Of a stretch of 64,000 bases of DNA, positions 19,137 to 28,504 are shown piece by piece. The translations under genes and the position numbers were made by a program. Under the pieces are notes generated by a model. It did no database searches and had not been told where the DNA came from. It saw only the letters and a list, made by a program, of their open reading frames with translations. The number at the start of each line of letters is the position of its first letter. Positions within the stretch are counted from its first letter, which is position 1. Source of the DNA: a bacterium (lineage in GTDB: Bacteria > Margulisbacteria > Marinamargulisbacteria > GCA-2716485 > JAYNIM01); the NCBI GenBank assembly GCA_038109055.1, contig JAYNIM010000001.1:555365-619364 (forward strand). Reading direction: 5' to 3'.

Positions 19137-20669
19137 ATGTGGGACATACTACTTTTTTTAATCTATCACCCAATTGCGCCTTTTGTTGGGGTTTTTCTCA
19201 TCTTTCTTTTTATCGTTGGAATTTATGATATTTTTATTCAGCGCAAACATGCCATCCAGCACAACTTCCCTGTTATTGGTCACTTACGTTATTTTTTAGA
19301 GCTTATTGGTCCGGAGTTACGGCAATATTGGGTGGCAAATGATAAAGAGGAACAGCCCTTTAATCGAGATCAACGCCGTTGGATTTATTCTACCGCCAAG
19401 CAAGCTAACAGTAACTTTGGCTTTGGCAGTACCCAAAATATGAAACAAAGTGGGTATATCCTTATCAAACATAAAGCCCTCCCTTTCCCTGCGGAAAAGG
19501 CCCTCCATCCACTCTCAGACCCCAGCGCCATTCGTTGTGCGAAGGTGATTGGTGAGTTTCACCAGCGGAAAAAGCCTTTTAGGCCCAATTCGGTGGTGAA
19601 TATTTCGGCAATGTCTTTTGGTTCTTTGGGACAACATGCTATTACTGCCTTAAATAAAGGCGCAAAAATGGCCGGTTGTTATCATAATACGGGCGAAGGG
19701 GGTGTTAGCCCTTATCATACCTCTGGTGCTGATTTAGTCTGGCAGTTAGGTACGGCTTATTTTGGTGCTCGAGATCAAGATGGCAATTTTTGCTTGACTA
19801 AATTATTAGAAAAAATTGATACACATCCCCAGATTCGCTGCATTGAAATTAAACTTTCTCAGGGTGCTAAACCTGGCAAAGGGGGAATTTTACCGGCTGA
19901 GAAAATTACGCCTGAAATTGCCAAAATACGCGATATTGAACTTGGCAAAGATTGTTATTCTCCGAATCATCATACGGCCTTTGACTCTGTGGATACCTGC
20001 ATTGATTTTATTGAATTAATTGCCAAAGAAAGTGGTTTACCTGTGGGTATTAAAGCGGCTATTGGCCAGATTGATTTTTTTAAGGAACTGGCTAAACGTA
20101 TGAAATCTAGAAAAGCAGGGCCTGACTATATTGTAATCGATGGGGCGGAGGGAGGCACAGGTGCAGCGCCTTTAACGTTTACTGACCATGTAGCATTGCC
20201 TTTTCGCGTCGCTTTTTCTCGTATTTATACTCTATTTCAATCTGAGGGCTTGGCTGATCGTTTGGTTTGGATTGGGAGTGGAAAATTAGGTTTTCCTGAC
20301 CAAGCAGCTCTAGCTTTTGCTATGGGCTGTGATGCGATTAATATTGCGAGAGAGGCCATGTTGGCCGTAGGTTGTATACAAGCTCAAAAATGTCATACTA
20401 ATCATTGTCCCGTGGGTGTTGCGACCCAAAAAAAATGGTTGCAAGCGGGTTTAAATGTGTATGAAAAAGCACCTCGTTTCGCCCATTATGTCCAAGGTCT
20501 GCGAAAAGAATTGATCATGCTTTCACATTCAGTAGGGCATGAACACCCCGCTGAATTTAGTGGAAAAGATATTGAAATTGCCATAGGTGATGGCTGTTAT
20601 ACGTCCTTAGACACATTGATAGGTTATCGGAAAATGCCCGTCCATATTGACGCAAAACTGTTTTTATAA
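19137..20669 (+). CDS. FMN-binding glutamate synthase family protein (YerD-like)
   Basis: N-terminal TM; SAMSFGSL, NTGEGG, EIKLSQGAKPG, DGAEGGTG, GCIQAQKCHTNHCPVGVATQ. Confidence 0.92.
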   Translation: MWDILLFLIYHPIAPFVGVFLIFLFIVGIYDIFIQRKHAIQHNFPVIGHLRYFLELIGPELRQYWVANDKEEQPFNRDQRRWIYSTAKQANSNFGFGSTQNMKQSGYILIKHKALPFPAEKALHPLSDPSAIRCAKVIGEFHQRKKPFRPNSVVNISAMSFGSLGQHAITALNKGAKMAGCYHNTGEGGVSPYHTSGADLVWQLGTAYFGARDQDGNFCLTKLLEKIDTHPQIRCIEIKLSQGAKPGKGGILPAEKITPEIAKIRDIELGKDCYSPNHHTAFDSVDTCIDFIELIAKESGLPVGIKAAIGQIDFFKELAKRMKSRKAGPDYIVIDGAEGGTGAAPLTFTDHVALPFRVAFSRIYTLFQSEGLADRLVWIGSGKLGFPDQAALAFAMGCDAINIAREAMLAVGCIQAQKCHTNHCPVGVATQKKWLQAGLNVYEKAPRFAHYVQGLRKELIMLSHSVGHEHPAEFSGKDIEIAIGDGCYTSLDTLIGYRKMPVHIDAKLFL

Positions 20670-20704
20670 TCGTGAAGCTTATTTTTTTCTGCGCTATTAG
20701 ATTC

Positions 20705-22156
20705 TTAGTCTTTTAGTTTGTTATATAAGGTTGTTCGTGATAGGCCTAAGGCTTTTGCGCAGGCGCTCATATTGTCATTAAACTGTTCTAAAGCCCAGTG
20801 AATATAGCGTTTTTCTAATGCGTCTAGGGGTTCTATTTGATTGAATTCTTTATGGTGATAGTCATTTTGTATTGTACCTGGCAATTGTAGCCCTTTTTGA
20901 CCAGGTCTAAAGTCTAAAATTGCAGCTGTAATAGGATTTCCTTGCGATAAAATGAGGGCACGTTGCAAGGTATTTTCTAATTCCCGTACATTGCCTTGCC
21001 ACTCCTGCCCCTGTAAAAACTGACTCGCATCTGCTGATAATTGCGGAACACTAAGATTAAAGTTTTTAGCATGTAAATTTAGAAAATGTGTTGCTAATAA
21101 GGGGATATCGCTTTTGCGCTCTCTGAGTGCAGGCACATGGATAGGAAAGACATGTAGCCGATAAAACAAATCCACTCTAAATTTTCCTTCATCCACCAAG
21201 GTTTTTAAAGGTTTGTTACTGGCTGCGATAATGCGCGTATTAATGCTTATCTTTTCTTGTCCTCCGATTCTCTCTATTTCCTTATTCTGTAATACACGTA
21301 ATAATTTAACCTGCATATCTAAGGGCAACTCGCTGACTTCATCCAAAAACAAGGTACCCTCTTGAGCCAATTCGAATTTTCCTAAACGTTGTTTATCGGC
21401 TGAGGTAAAGGCACCTTTTTCGTGACCAAAGAGTTCGGACTCGATTAATTCTTTGGGAATAGCCCCACAATTCAAGGTAACAAAGGCCTTGTTTTTACGT
21501 TTTGAATGTTGATGAATAATAGTGGCGAGTAGGTCTTTTCCCGTCCCGCTTTCGCCTTCTAATAAGACCGTGATATCATTTTCTAAAATTAACCCAATGG
21601 TCTGAAATACCTGCTGCATGGCAGGACTATTACCGATAATTTTGTCTTGAAAACTATGTGATTGTGTTTGTAAATAATGAATTTGTTCACTTTGACGCTG
21701 GATTACGGTGTCTTTTTCGACTTGATACACTTCAAAGGTCAGCATGCCCAATAAATCTAATAACTGCCCTAATTGACTTAGTTCGGATATATTCTTATAG
21801 TTTTTTTGATCGCAATGTTGATCCATATATTTTAAGAGACTGGTCCGTAATGTATAGATCAATAAGGCTGTTTCTCGGGTTGAAAACCCTTGATCTTGTT
21901 GGGTTGCTGTAAGCTGATGCCATAAGTTTAATACTGGCTTAATCGTCTCTGCTGAAAATGTGGGTATATCTGGTGACTTAATAGTTGAAAATAGTTTCTT
22001 TAAAAATTGTTTTGAATAATGCTTTAGATTGCCTTTTTGGGGCAACTCTTGATCTTTTAACCTCGGATTTTCCTGAATTTCTGCTAACCATAAATGTAAG
22101 AGTGTTTGCTCTTGATCTTTTTTGATATGTGAAAGAGCCTGTTCTTTTTTTTTCAT
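20705..22156 (-). CDS. Sigma-54 enhancer-binding protein with N-terminal RsbRD_N-like domain and Fis HTH
   Basis: [56 protein letters not shown]. Confidence 0.9.
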   Translation of the reverse strand: MKKKEQALSHIKKDQEQTLLHLWLAEIQENPRLKDQELPQKGNLKHYSKQFLKKLFSTIKSPDIPTFSAETIKPVLNLWHQLTATQQDQGFSTRETALLIYTLRTSLLKYMDQHCDQKNYKNISELSQLGQLLDLLGMLTFEVYQVEKDTVIQRQSEQIHYLQTQSHSFQDKIIGNSPAMQQVFQTIGLILENDITVLLEGESGTGKDLLATIIHQHSKRKNKAFVTLNCGAIPKELIESELFGHEKGAFTSADKQRLGKFELAQEGTLFLDEVSELPLDMQVKLLRVLQNKEIERIGGQEKISINTRIIAASNKPLKTLVDEGKFRVDLFYRLHVFPIHVPALRERKSDIPLLATHFLNLHAKNFNLSVPQLSADASQFLQGQEWQGNVRELENTLQRALILSQGNPITAAILDFRPGQKGLQLPGTIQNDYHHKEFNQIEPLDALEKRYIHWALEQFNDNMSACAKALGLSRTTLYNKLKD

Positions 22157-22239
22157 GTAACTCCAAGAACATGTAGTGTTCAGATATTATACACTAAACA
22201 TGCCTTTTTTTAAAGTTAATGAAACATTTCAAAGACTCT

Positions 22240-22434
22240 TTATTGACTGTTGTTTAAGATCATCGCAACACCTGCGAACATACACCCAAAAATACAGGTC
22301 ACTGCCAACACATCTGATACCGTTTCGCTAAAAAACATCAGGCCCAAAAAAGCCCCTATTCCAATCCCTGCAATCCCAGCTAGTATATCAATATTGAGTA
22401 AAATAGCTCGATACTTTTCTAAATATTGCTTCAT
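22240..22434 (-). CDS. Small two-TM membrane protein
   Basis: 64 aa, two hydrophobic segments, GGAGGGAG RBS. Confidence 0.65.
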   Translation of the reverse strand: MKQYLEKYRAILLNIDILAGIAGIGIGAFLGLMFFSETVSDVLAVTCIFGCMFAGVAMILNNSQ

Positions 22435-22699
22435 ACGCTCCCTCCTGTCTTCTTTTATTATCTATACCCTCTTTTATTCATTATTAAACATTTTCTACAC
22501 GTAATTTTTTATATACATACATTTTTTTTCTTTTAATTGACATTTTTATAGAATACTGTGACTTTAACGGGCTGTCTTAGCAATTAACATCTATCCCTCA
22601 AGTTAACTTTTCAACAGTATTATCCTCTCTTTTCAAAGGTCTGGTAGTTTTAGTACTTTCCCCTTTTGCCGGGGCCCCTTCTAGGTTTGTGGGTGGTCA

Positions 22700-23437
22700 T
22701 TGTGTAAATTATTCTATCCAGACAAATCCTTTACTTGTCATACTTTACTTCCTTATGGTGTTTTTGTTGGGACACCCTCCGACAATGATTGTTCAGGTCA
22801 AGTTTCATGTGAAGATCAACCTGCTTTTAATTCTCGTATCCTACATGATTGTAATTTCGATGGTGTTAGTACTTTTAAAGACTTAAACAGCACCTTAACC
22901 AATTGTAGTTTAGCTGCAGCTGAAATGGCTGCTTGTATCGTTCGTCATATGCCGGAAGGGGTTGGCCCTCAAACACTCTTAAGCGCACAGGTGTTCCAAA
23001 GGCCATTGTTAAAAGATAGCTATGATGTTGATACTACCTATACAAGACCTTCTACACCTCCAAGTTGTGACATGACGCATCCTGTCCTTCTTATGTTTTT
23101 TCCTGATCTCTCTCAATACTTTCTTGCAGAAGGTGACTCACATTCTGACGATCAAGATCGTTTTCAGTCCACCTTGCAAAGCTCTTATTTATACAATTAC
23201 TTCCTTGGTATATCTGATGTTTATTGTGCACTTTCAAGCAATACACAATTTTCAGTAAATGTTGGCTCTTTTGGAAATGCATGCATAGATACCTCCTCAT
23301 TACAGCGACCATCTCTCAATTCCTCAGAATCAGGTCTTGATTCTGCACAGTCTCCTCACAAAACAAGTGCATCATGGTTAGCGACGTTACCCTTAGCAAG
23401 AATCGCTGCTATTTGGGCGGCTTATACTGCCTCATGA
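22700..23437 (+). CDS. Hypothetical Cys/Ser-rich protein
   Basis: 245-aa ORF, TTG start uncertain, no recognised motif. Confidence 0.5.
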   Translation: MCKLFYPDKSFTCHTLLPYGVFVGTPSDNDCSGQVSCEDQPAFNSRILHDCNFDGVSTFKDLNSTLTNCSLAAAEMAACIVRHMPEGVGPQTLLSAQVFQRPLLKDSYDVDTTYTRPSTPPSCDMTHPVLLMFFPDLSQYFLAEGDSHSDDQDRFQSTLQSSYLYNYFLGISDVYCALSSNTQFSVNVGSFGNACIDTSSLQRPSLNSSESGLDSAQSPHKTSASWLATLPLARIAAIWAAYTAS

Positions 23438-23446
23438 TCATCTTTT

Positions 23447-24397
23447 TCAGCTAGCCTTTAGCCCTTTTACCAACACATAATCAAAGGGACAGGCCTGATG
23501 ATCTTGGCAAAATTGCAGCCCCCAGCGAGCAGCATATTTATAAAAGATATTAAATTTTTGACTATAGGTTTTATCCGCTAACTTTGCTAAAAGATAATCA
23601 AAGCAAGGCCTGTACACCTTGTCTTTGATTGACTCTACGCTGGCCATCTGAAATCCTGCTTCTTTGAGTTTTTCCTTATAGGTTGCAAGAGGATACATAT
23701 TGTCTTTAGGTAATTGCCAAAACGCTAGGGCGAGTTGATAAATGAGGCGCTGTTGCCAGGTCAAAGAACCTGATAACCCACAAATATCTGCTAGTACTAC
23801 CTGTCCTCCTGGCTTTAAGACACGATAGGCTTCTTTTAAAAAGGCCTCTCGTGGCATAAAATGCATCGCACATTCTAAAGCAAACACTTTTGTAACACTC
23901 TCTGAAGCAAGGTCTATCTTGCAGGCATTTCCCAGCTGTAACTGTATTTTTTTTTCTAAGCCAGCGTTTTTGACCCGTTTCTGAGCTTCTTTAACCTGAC
24001 TTTCACAAAGATTAATCCCATAAATATGGTCTGGCTGATAGGTGCTTTCCCAAAAAAAATCTTGCTCAGCAAAGCCAAATCCCACATCTAATATCCGATC
24101 TGTTGACCCCAGCTGACTTATTTCAGCCAGTTGTCTGGCCATATTTTCTGATGCCTGATCTAAACTATTTGTTTCGGGCTCCCAATACCCTAAATTTAAA
24201 TAGTATTTTGTATCTGTAAACCCACTCTCCTTCCCCAATGTCTGATACAAAAAGTTGATCCGTTGTCGCCAGGGTAATAATAAACTTAAAAATGCCAGTG
24301 TTTTTCCTATGACCTTAAGATATTTTTGAGCGTTTTTTTTCTTCCCTGTTAGTTTCATTGCTAGTTTAGTTGTTACCTTGTGTATTTCTTTGATCAT
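23447..24397 (-). CDS. SAM-dependent methyltransferase (sterol/tocopherol/natural-product type)
   Basis: YLNLGYW, ILDVGFGFAEQ, FALECAMH, RVLKPGG. Confidence 0.88.
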   Translation of the reverse strand: MIKEIHKVTTKLAMKLTGKKKNAQKYLKVIGKTLAFLSLLLPWRQRINFLYQTLGKESGFTDTKYYLNLGYWEPETNSLDQASENMARQLAEISQLGSTDRILDVGFGFAEQDFFWESTYQPDHIYGINLCESQVKEAQKRVKNAGLEKKIQLQLGNACKIDLASESVTKVFALECAMHFMPREAFLKEAYRVLKPGGQVVLADICGLSGSLTWQQRLIYQLALAFWQLPKDNMYPLATYKEKLKEAGFQMASVESIKDKVYRPCFDYLLAKLADKTYSQKFNIFYKYAARWGLQFCQDHQACPFDYVLVKGLKAS

Positions 24398-24456
24398 CTT
24401 TCAGTCTCCTATGTTTAGATTTTACTGGATATGGGTATATAGCAACAGGGGACTAT

Positions 24457-24507
24457 ATGTTAGATCTTGAAATTGTGGCAGTATCAAATCGGGAAAATGC
24501 ATGTTAG
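24457..24507 (+). other. 16-codon upstream ORF that is a diverged copy of the response-regulator 5' end
   Basis: MLDLEIVAVSNRENAC* after AGGGGA, vs MLDLGILAMSK; 26/33 nt identical. Confidence 0.5.
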
Positions 24508-25391
24508 ATCTTGGCATTTTGGCCATGTCAAAGACAGATCAGTCTTTTATTCATGACACACTGTCTCATCAGTATCATTTACAGCATTATGATCGCCATT
24601 TTTTCTCTCATTCAACACCTCCCTTTTCAGCTCGAATCTTTTTAATTGGTGACTGTTATACCCTGTCTGATACCTCTGCATTGATTTTGGCTATTCAAGA
24701 CTCTCAGCCTTTTTGTGAATTTATCTATTGCAGTCAGCACCCTGATGTTCAAACCGTGGTAGCGCTTTGCAAACTGGGCCTTTTTGATAGCCTTACGATT
24801 CCTACCTTTGCATCAGAGCTCACCTGGGTGATTGAAAAGGCGTATGACTATCACAAACTTTCCCAACAGATTCTTGACCATTGTTCGACGGAAAAGAAAA
24901 AACTGCAGTATCAACATCAATTTCGTCAATTTAAACAAGGTGGCGATCTTGTTGAACACTCTTCATTGCAGCATTATTTGTTTGATAAGACCGTATTACG
25001 CCCTGGTCATAAATCAACTTTATTGCTTGTGGAAGATGATCTATTGATTCGACAGGGCCTTAAACACTCTTTGGCTCCATTTTTTACGATTTTAGAAGCT
25101 GCTGATGGGGCGACGGCCTTGGCCTTGGCTAAACATCATACCTGCCATGTGGCTCTTTTAGATCTTGGGCTACCTGATATGAGTGGCGAAGATGTTTTAC
25201 TTAATTTACGTTCCTTGTACCCTCATATTGATATTTTGGTTGTCTCGGCATTTCGTGATATTGAGCTGGTCACTCGTAGTATTAAATCTGGTGCCTGTGA
25301 CTATTTAGTCAAAGACTGTGATTTCTCTATTCTGAAGCATAAAATAATACAACGATTGCAGCATTATTATTTTAGAGAGGCGCTTTCTTAA
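24501..25391 (+). CDS. Response regulator with tandem receiver domains (degenerate N-terminal, intact C-terminal), no output domain
   Basis: LLVEDD, ALLDLGLPDMSG, VVSAF, DYLVK in the second domain. Confidence 0.82.
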   Translation: MLDLGILAMSKTDQSFIHDTLSHQYHLQHYDRHFFSHSTPPFSARIFLIGDCYTLSDTSALILAIQDSQPFCEFIYCSQHPDVQTVVALCKLGLFDSLTIPTFASELTWVIEKAYDYHKLSQQILDHCSTEKKKLQYQHQFRQFKQGGDLVEHSSLQHYLFDKTVLRPGHKSTLLLVEDDLLIRQGLKHSLAPFFTILEAADGATALALAKHHTCHVALLDLGLPDMSGEDVLLNLRSLYPHIDILVVSAFRDIELVTRSIKSGACDYLVKDCDFSILKHKIIQRLQHYYFREALS

Positions 25392-25465
25392 GCTAAAAAT
25401 TGTTGCCCTACTACAGTGGCCAAGACCGTTACCTGGGAAAGTAAAAATAAGGTTTGATCGTTTTG
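25328..25465 (+). repeat. 138-bp exact direct repeat, copy 1
   Basis: TATTCTGAAGCAT...GTTTGATCGTTTTG, identical to 26887-27024. Confidence 0.95.
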
Positions 25466-25556
25466 GAAATGGGGTATTTAAATTATAGAGTCTCACTTTC
25501 TATGCGACTATATATATAGTTTTACTTATTTTCTTTTGCTACCTCACATCTATTTT

Positions 25557-26660
25557 CTATACCCCAATGCTTAAAATTGATTTATGCAGACTATCCCTAT
25601 TTTCGAGGCCCCCATCTTCGGCAGCATCTTCGTGAGCAGCATTTCCATCACTGCTTTCAGTGCCACATTTTTTCATATAGTCTGTTGCTAGTGCCGTTAC
25701 TTTTGTCACGCCTAAACTAAGCCACTGTTGAGCATTGAATCCATTAATTTCTGTATTCAAACCTTTGTTAATAAAGAAAATCATTGCCAAAGGCATTGCA
25801 ATTAAAACAAATTCATCTCTAGCTCGATCATATCCTGAAAATCCCTCTCTCATTTCATCTGCTGGTAGAACTAATTCATACATACTTCTTGTTAGCTCTT
25901 CACTTATACGTTGCATAGGTAAATATATTCCTATATTAGCTACGGTTGCCATTATAAGATCAAGACATTTTTTGGAATTAGATGATTCTGAATCAGCAAA
26001 AATAACTGTAGAGCTTTCAAATAAAGATTTCACTGCAAATAAGCCTAGCATTGCAAGAATAACCCTTTCTGAGTCTTCAACTCTAGTTTCATAGCCACTT
26101 GCAGCTCTTGTTTGTAATTCTGTAATTGTTGGTGTCATGATCTCGTTTAGTTCTGTGGTAAAATCTCTAATCGTCTGATCCATATCCTTTGTAACACTGA
26201 TTGGATCAGTTGAATTTTTCATTTTAGTCATTGTTTCTTGAATCTCAGCTATAAAGCTTTTAACATCCGGTCCCTCTGGACTATTACTTAGGGCTGATCC
26301 ATATATGAGTGAAGGTAAAATATCCCTCCAAACATGCACTCCATAAGGTAAAGTTGGCCCATATCTAATCAACATATGTATTATTCTATTCCATACTCCC
26401 CCTGATAAAGTCGTAATAGCAGTAGGTGTAGAAGGAATAGGCACAGGAGCAAGAGCAGCAGGAGCAGCAGGAGCAGCAAGAGCAGCAGGAGCAGCAGGAG
26501 CAGCAAGAGCAGCAGGAGCAGCAAGAGCAGCACGAGCAGCACGAGCAGCACGAGCAGCAGGCACAGTAGAAGAAGCCTTAGAAGTATCTGGATTATCACT
26601 AGCACTTCTAAACTGTTGTAATAATTTTTTATCACCCATTCCTATTACTCTACTCATCAT
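25557..26660 (-). CDS. Orphan membrane protein with (P/R/L)AA tandem repeat
   Basis: 367 aa, GGAGG RBS, 12 X-A-A units, several hydrophobic segments. Confidence 0.75.
   Translation of the reverse strand: MMSRVIGMGDKKLLQQFRSASDNPDTSKASSTVPAARAARAARAALAAPAALAAPAAPAALAAPAAPAALAPVPIPSTPTAITTLSGGVWNRIIHMLIRYGPTLPYGVHVWRDILPSLIYGSALSNSPEGPDVKSFIAEIQETMTKMKNSTDPISVTKDMDQTIRDFTTELNEIMTPTITELQTRAASGYETRVEDSERVILAMLGLFAVKSLFESSTVIFADSESSNSKKCLDLIMATVANIGIYLPMQRISEELTRSMYELVLPADEMREGFSGYDRARDEFVLIAMPLAMIFFINKGLNTEINGFNAQQWLSLGVTKVTALATDYMKKCGTESSDGNAAHEDAAEDGGLENRDSLHKSILSIGV
26445..26561 (-). repeat. 9-bp VNTR (CNT GCT GCT) x~12
   Basis: Only the second base of the unit varies (C/G/T = Pro/Arg/Leu); AGGCACAG flanks both sides. 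Confidence 0.92.
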
Positions 26661-26886
26661 TTACCCTCCATAATACTGCTTAATTGTAAATAGTTAACGG
26701 ATAGTTTAATTTATAATTTCATTTAGTTTAGAACAAACTTGCCTTTTCAGTATTGCCCCTCTTACATTATAGAAAGAAATATTGTCTAAAAATTAACGTT
26801 TTTACCCAGTCGTTGATACTGTTAAATGGCGCTATAAAATTTTAAATATGCTCAATCAGCTAAACATAGAAAGACTTTAGCTTCTG

Positions 26887-27024
26887 TATTCTGAAGCATA
26901 AAATAATACAACGATTGCAGCATTATTATTTTAGAGAGGCGCTTTCTTAAGCTAAAAATTGTTGCCCTACTACAGTGGCCAAGACCGTTACCTGGGAAAG
27001 TAAAAATAAGGTTTGATCGTTTTG
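26887..27024 (+). repeat. 138-bp exact direct repeat, copy 2
   Basis: Identical to 25328-25465. Confidence 0.95.
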
Positions 27025-27588
27025 TTGATTTAGGTCTTGGCCATAGGTGTTATCTTGATGCACGTATGTTTTTGCAATACTTAACTCATTGTGTTGGTTT
27101 TTATATAAAATATAGTGATCAGATCGATAGTTTTGATCGATACTTTGCTGAAAAATCACTAAATCTTTGGGTCTAAACATGGGTAAGAAAGCTGGACGTT
27201 GTATTTGTATTGCTACTAATGGATGTTGATGAGCAGGATACTCTAGATTTTGTTTGCTTAAATACTGACATTGATTCCATTCATCTTTTTCTAACTTTTC
27301 TATAAGATCCCAGGATACAATCGGAACCTCTGTTATTTTCTTAACTATTTTACTGCTTGGGGGTGTATTTTTCTTTTGATTGATATATCCTAACATTTCT
27401 AATAGTTCTTCGTAATCTAATGTTAATGGTTCTGCAATTTTTTGGAGTATTTCAGGGTGAGGATTCTGAATATCTCCGTCTTCTAAACGATAGAGCATAC
27501 TGTAGCTTAGGCCGCTTCGCTGAGCGAGTTCGAGCAAGGTGTAGCCTTTTTCTTTTCGTGTGATATGTAAGAGTTCTGAAAATTTCAT
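26947..27588 (-). CDS. XRE-family HTH regulator with degenerate S24 peptidase-like C-terminal domain
   Basis: RKEKGYTLLELAQRSGLSYSMLYRLEDG...NPHPEIL; VPIVSW and MFRPKDLVIF, no GDSM motif. Confidence 0.8.
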   Translation of the reverse strand: MKFSELLHITRKEKGYTLLELAQRSGLSYSMLYRLEDGDIQNPHPEILQKIAEPLTLDYEELLEMLGYINQKKNTPPSSKIVKKITEVPIVSWDLIEKLEKDEWNQCQYLSKQNLEYPAHQHPLVAIQIQRPAFLPMFRPKDLVIFQQSIDQNYRSDHYILYKNQHNELSIAKTYVHQDNTYGQDLNQQNDQTLFLLSQVTVLATVVGQQFLA

Positions 27589-27637
27589 TTTTTTGCTTTA
27601 TTTCCTACTTTTTTTGGTATTTATCGTCACAAATATT

Positions 27638-27682
27638 AACTTTAAATTTAAAGTTTACAAAAAAATATTTAATTGTTAGACT
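27638..27682 (+). promoter_or_regulatory. Perfect 18-bp palindrome (candidate operator) overlapping a sigma-70 promoter
   Basis: AACTTTAAATTTAAAGTT at 27638-27655; TTTACA(27654)-17 bp-TAGACT(27677). Confidence 0.6.
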
Positions 27683-27737
27683 TACCTTTATAATATCCAA
27701 TTATAAATACTCCTAAAAAAAATATTCATATATAAAT

Positions 27738-28094
27738 ATGACTCAACGCATACTAATTTATGATCAAAACCCACATTTGGCAATGATATTGACCTTATTT
27801 GTTGATCACTATTGCTTTTCTGTTGTTAAATCTACGCAGGCTCTCGAAGAGGAATCTCAGCATTCTTTCTCCTTATTGATTCTTGTTCAAGAGGCTATTT
27901 CTCGTTCTCTCTTTTCTTTTTTTAACTCTTATAAACAACGTTACCCAAAAGTTAAATTTTTACTCTTAAGCAATCAACTTGACCTTTTGAGACAGTGGAA
28001 AAATATATCGGATCTTGTGTTGTGTGATTGGACATTAGGGGATCCTCGAATTATTCAAGCGATTGATACTCTATGTCCTATTCGAACATCATAA
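27738..28094 (+). CDS. Pseudo-receiver domain protein
   Basis: RILIYDQNP...YPKVKFLLLS gives receiver topology; no phosphoacceptor Asp or conserved Lys evident. Confidence 0.55.
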   Translation: MTQRILIYDQNPHLAMILTLFVDHYCFSVVKSTQALEEESQHSFSLLILVQEAISRSLFSFFNSYKQRYPKVKFLLLSNQLDLLRQWKNISDLVLCDWTLGDPRIIQAIDTLCPIRTS

Positions 28095-28110
28095 ACCAAA
28101 ACTAGATTGC

Positions 28111-28449
28111 CTAATCATGATCTTCCTTGGTCATTAAGACAACCAAATCTACGACTGTTTTTAATTTTGCTTTTTTCAATTTAGGTAATTCATGTAACAA
28201 CCTTGAAAACAGTGTTTGCTTGTCTTCTTCTTCAAAAAAAGGAAATAAATCAAAAATAATCGTATCTAAGACTCCTTGCAACTCCCCCAACAACTTTATT
28301 GATGGATGAGCAGCGCCAATTTCGATACGTCCGATATGTGCAAGGGTACAGCCCACTTTTTCTGCTAGTTCTTTCTGTGTCAGTCTTTTACGTTTTCTGG
28401 CGGTTTTTATCATTGTGCCTATTTCTATTTGATTTAGCACCTTTGTCAT
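28111..28449 (-). CDS. XRE-family HTH transcriptional regulator
   Basis: IKTARKRKRLTQKELAEKVGCTLAHIGRIEIGAAHPS. Confidence 0.88.
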   Translation of the reverse strand: MTKVLNQIEIGTMIKTARKRKRLTQKELAEKVGCTLAHIGRIEIGAAHPSIKLLGELQGVLDTIIFDLFPFFEEEDKQTLFSRLLHELPKLKKAKLKTVVDLVVLMTKEDHD

Positions 28450-28504
28450 CGCTGAATCCTACCTTATTATTGCTATTTTTGTCGAGATTTTTATTGATCA
28501 AGGT

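Noticed and set aside
22580..22700. Frameshifted N-terminal extension of the 245-aa ORF
   Set aside because: Upstream hydrophobic frame lacks a credible start or RBS; cannot be supported without homologs
26381..26635. Poly-Leu 84-aa ORF
   Set aside because: Alternate-frame reading of the GCT-rich VNTR
25496..26873. CTTTCTATG/CATAGAAAG inverted pair near the cassette ends as TIRs
   Set aside because: Only 9 bp and asymmetric relative to the 138-bp repeats; insufficient evidence
26947..28449. Prophage
   Set aside because: No integrase, replication or structural genes; only HTH regulators
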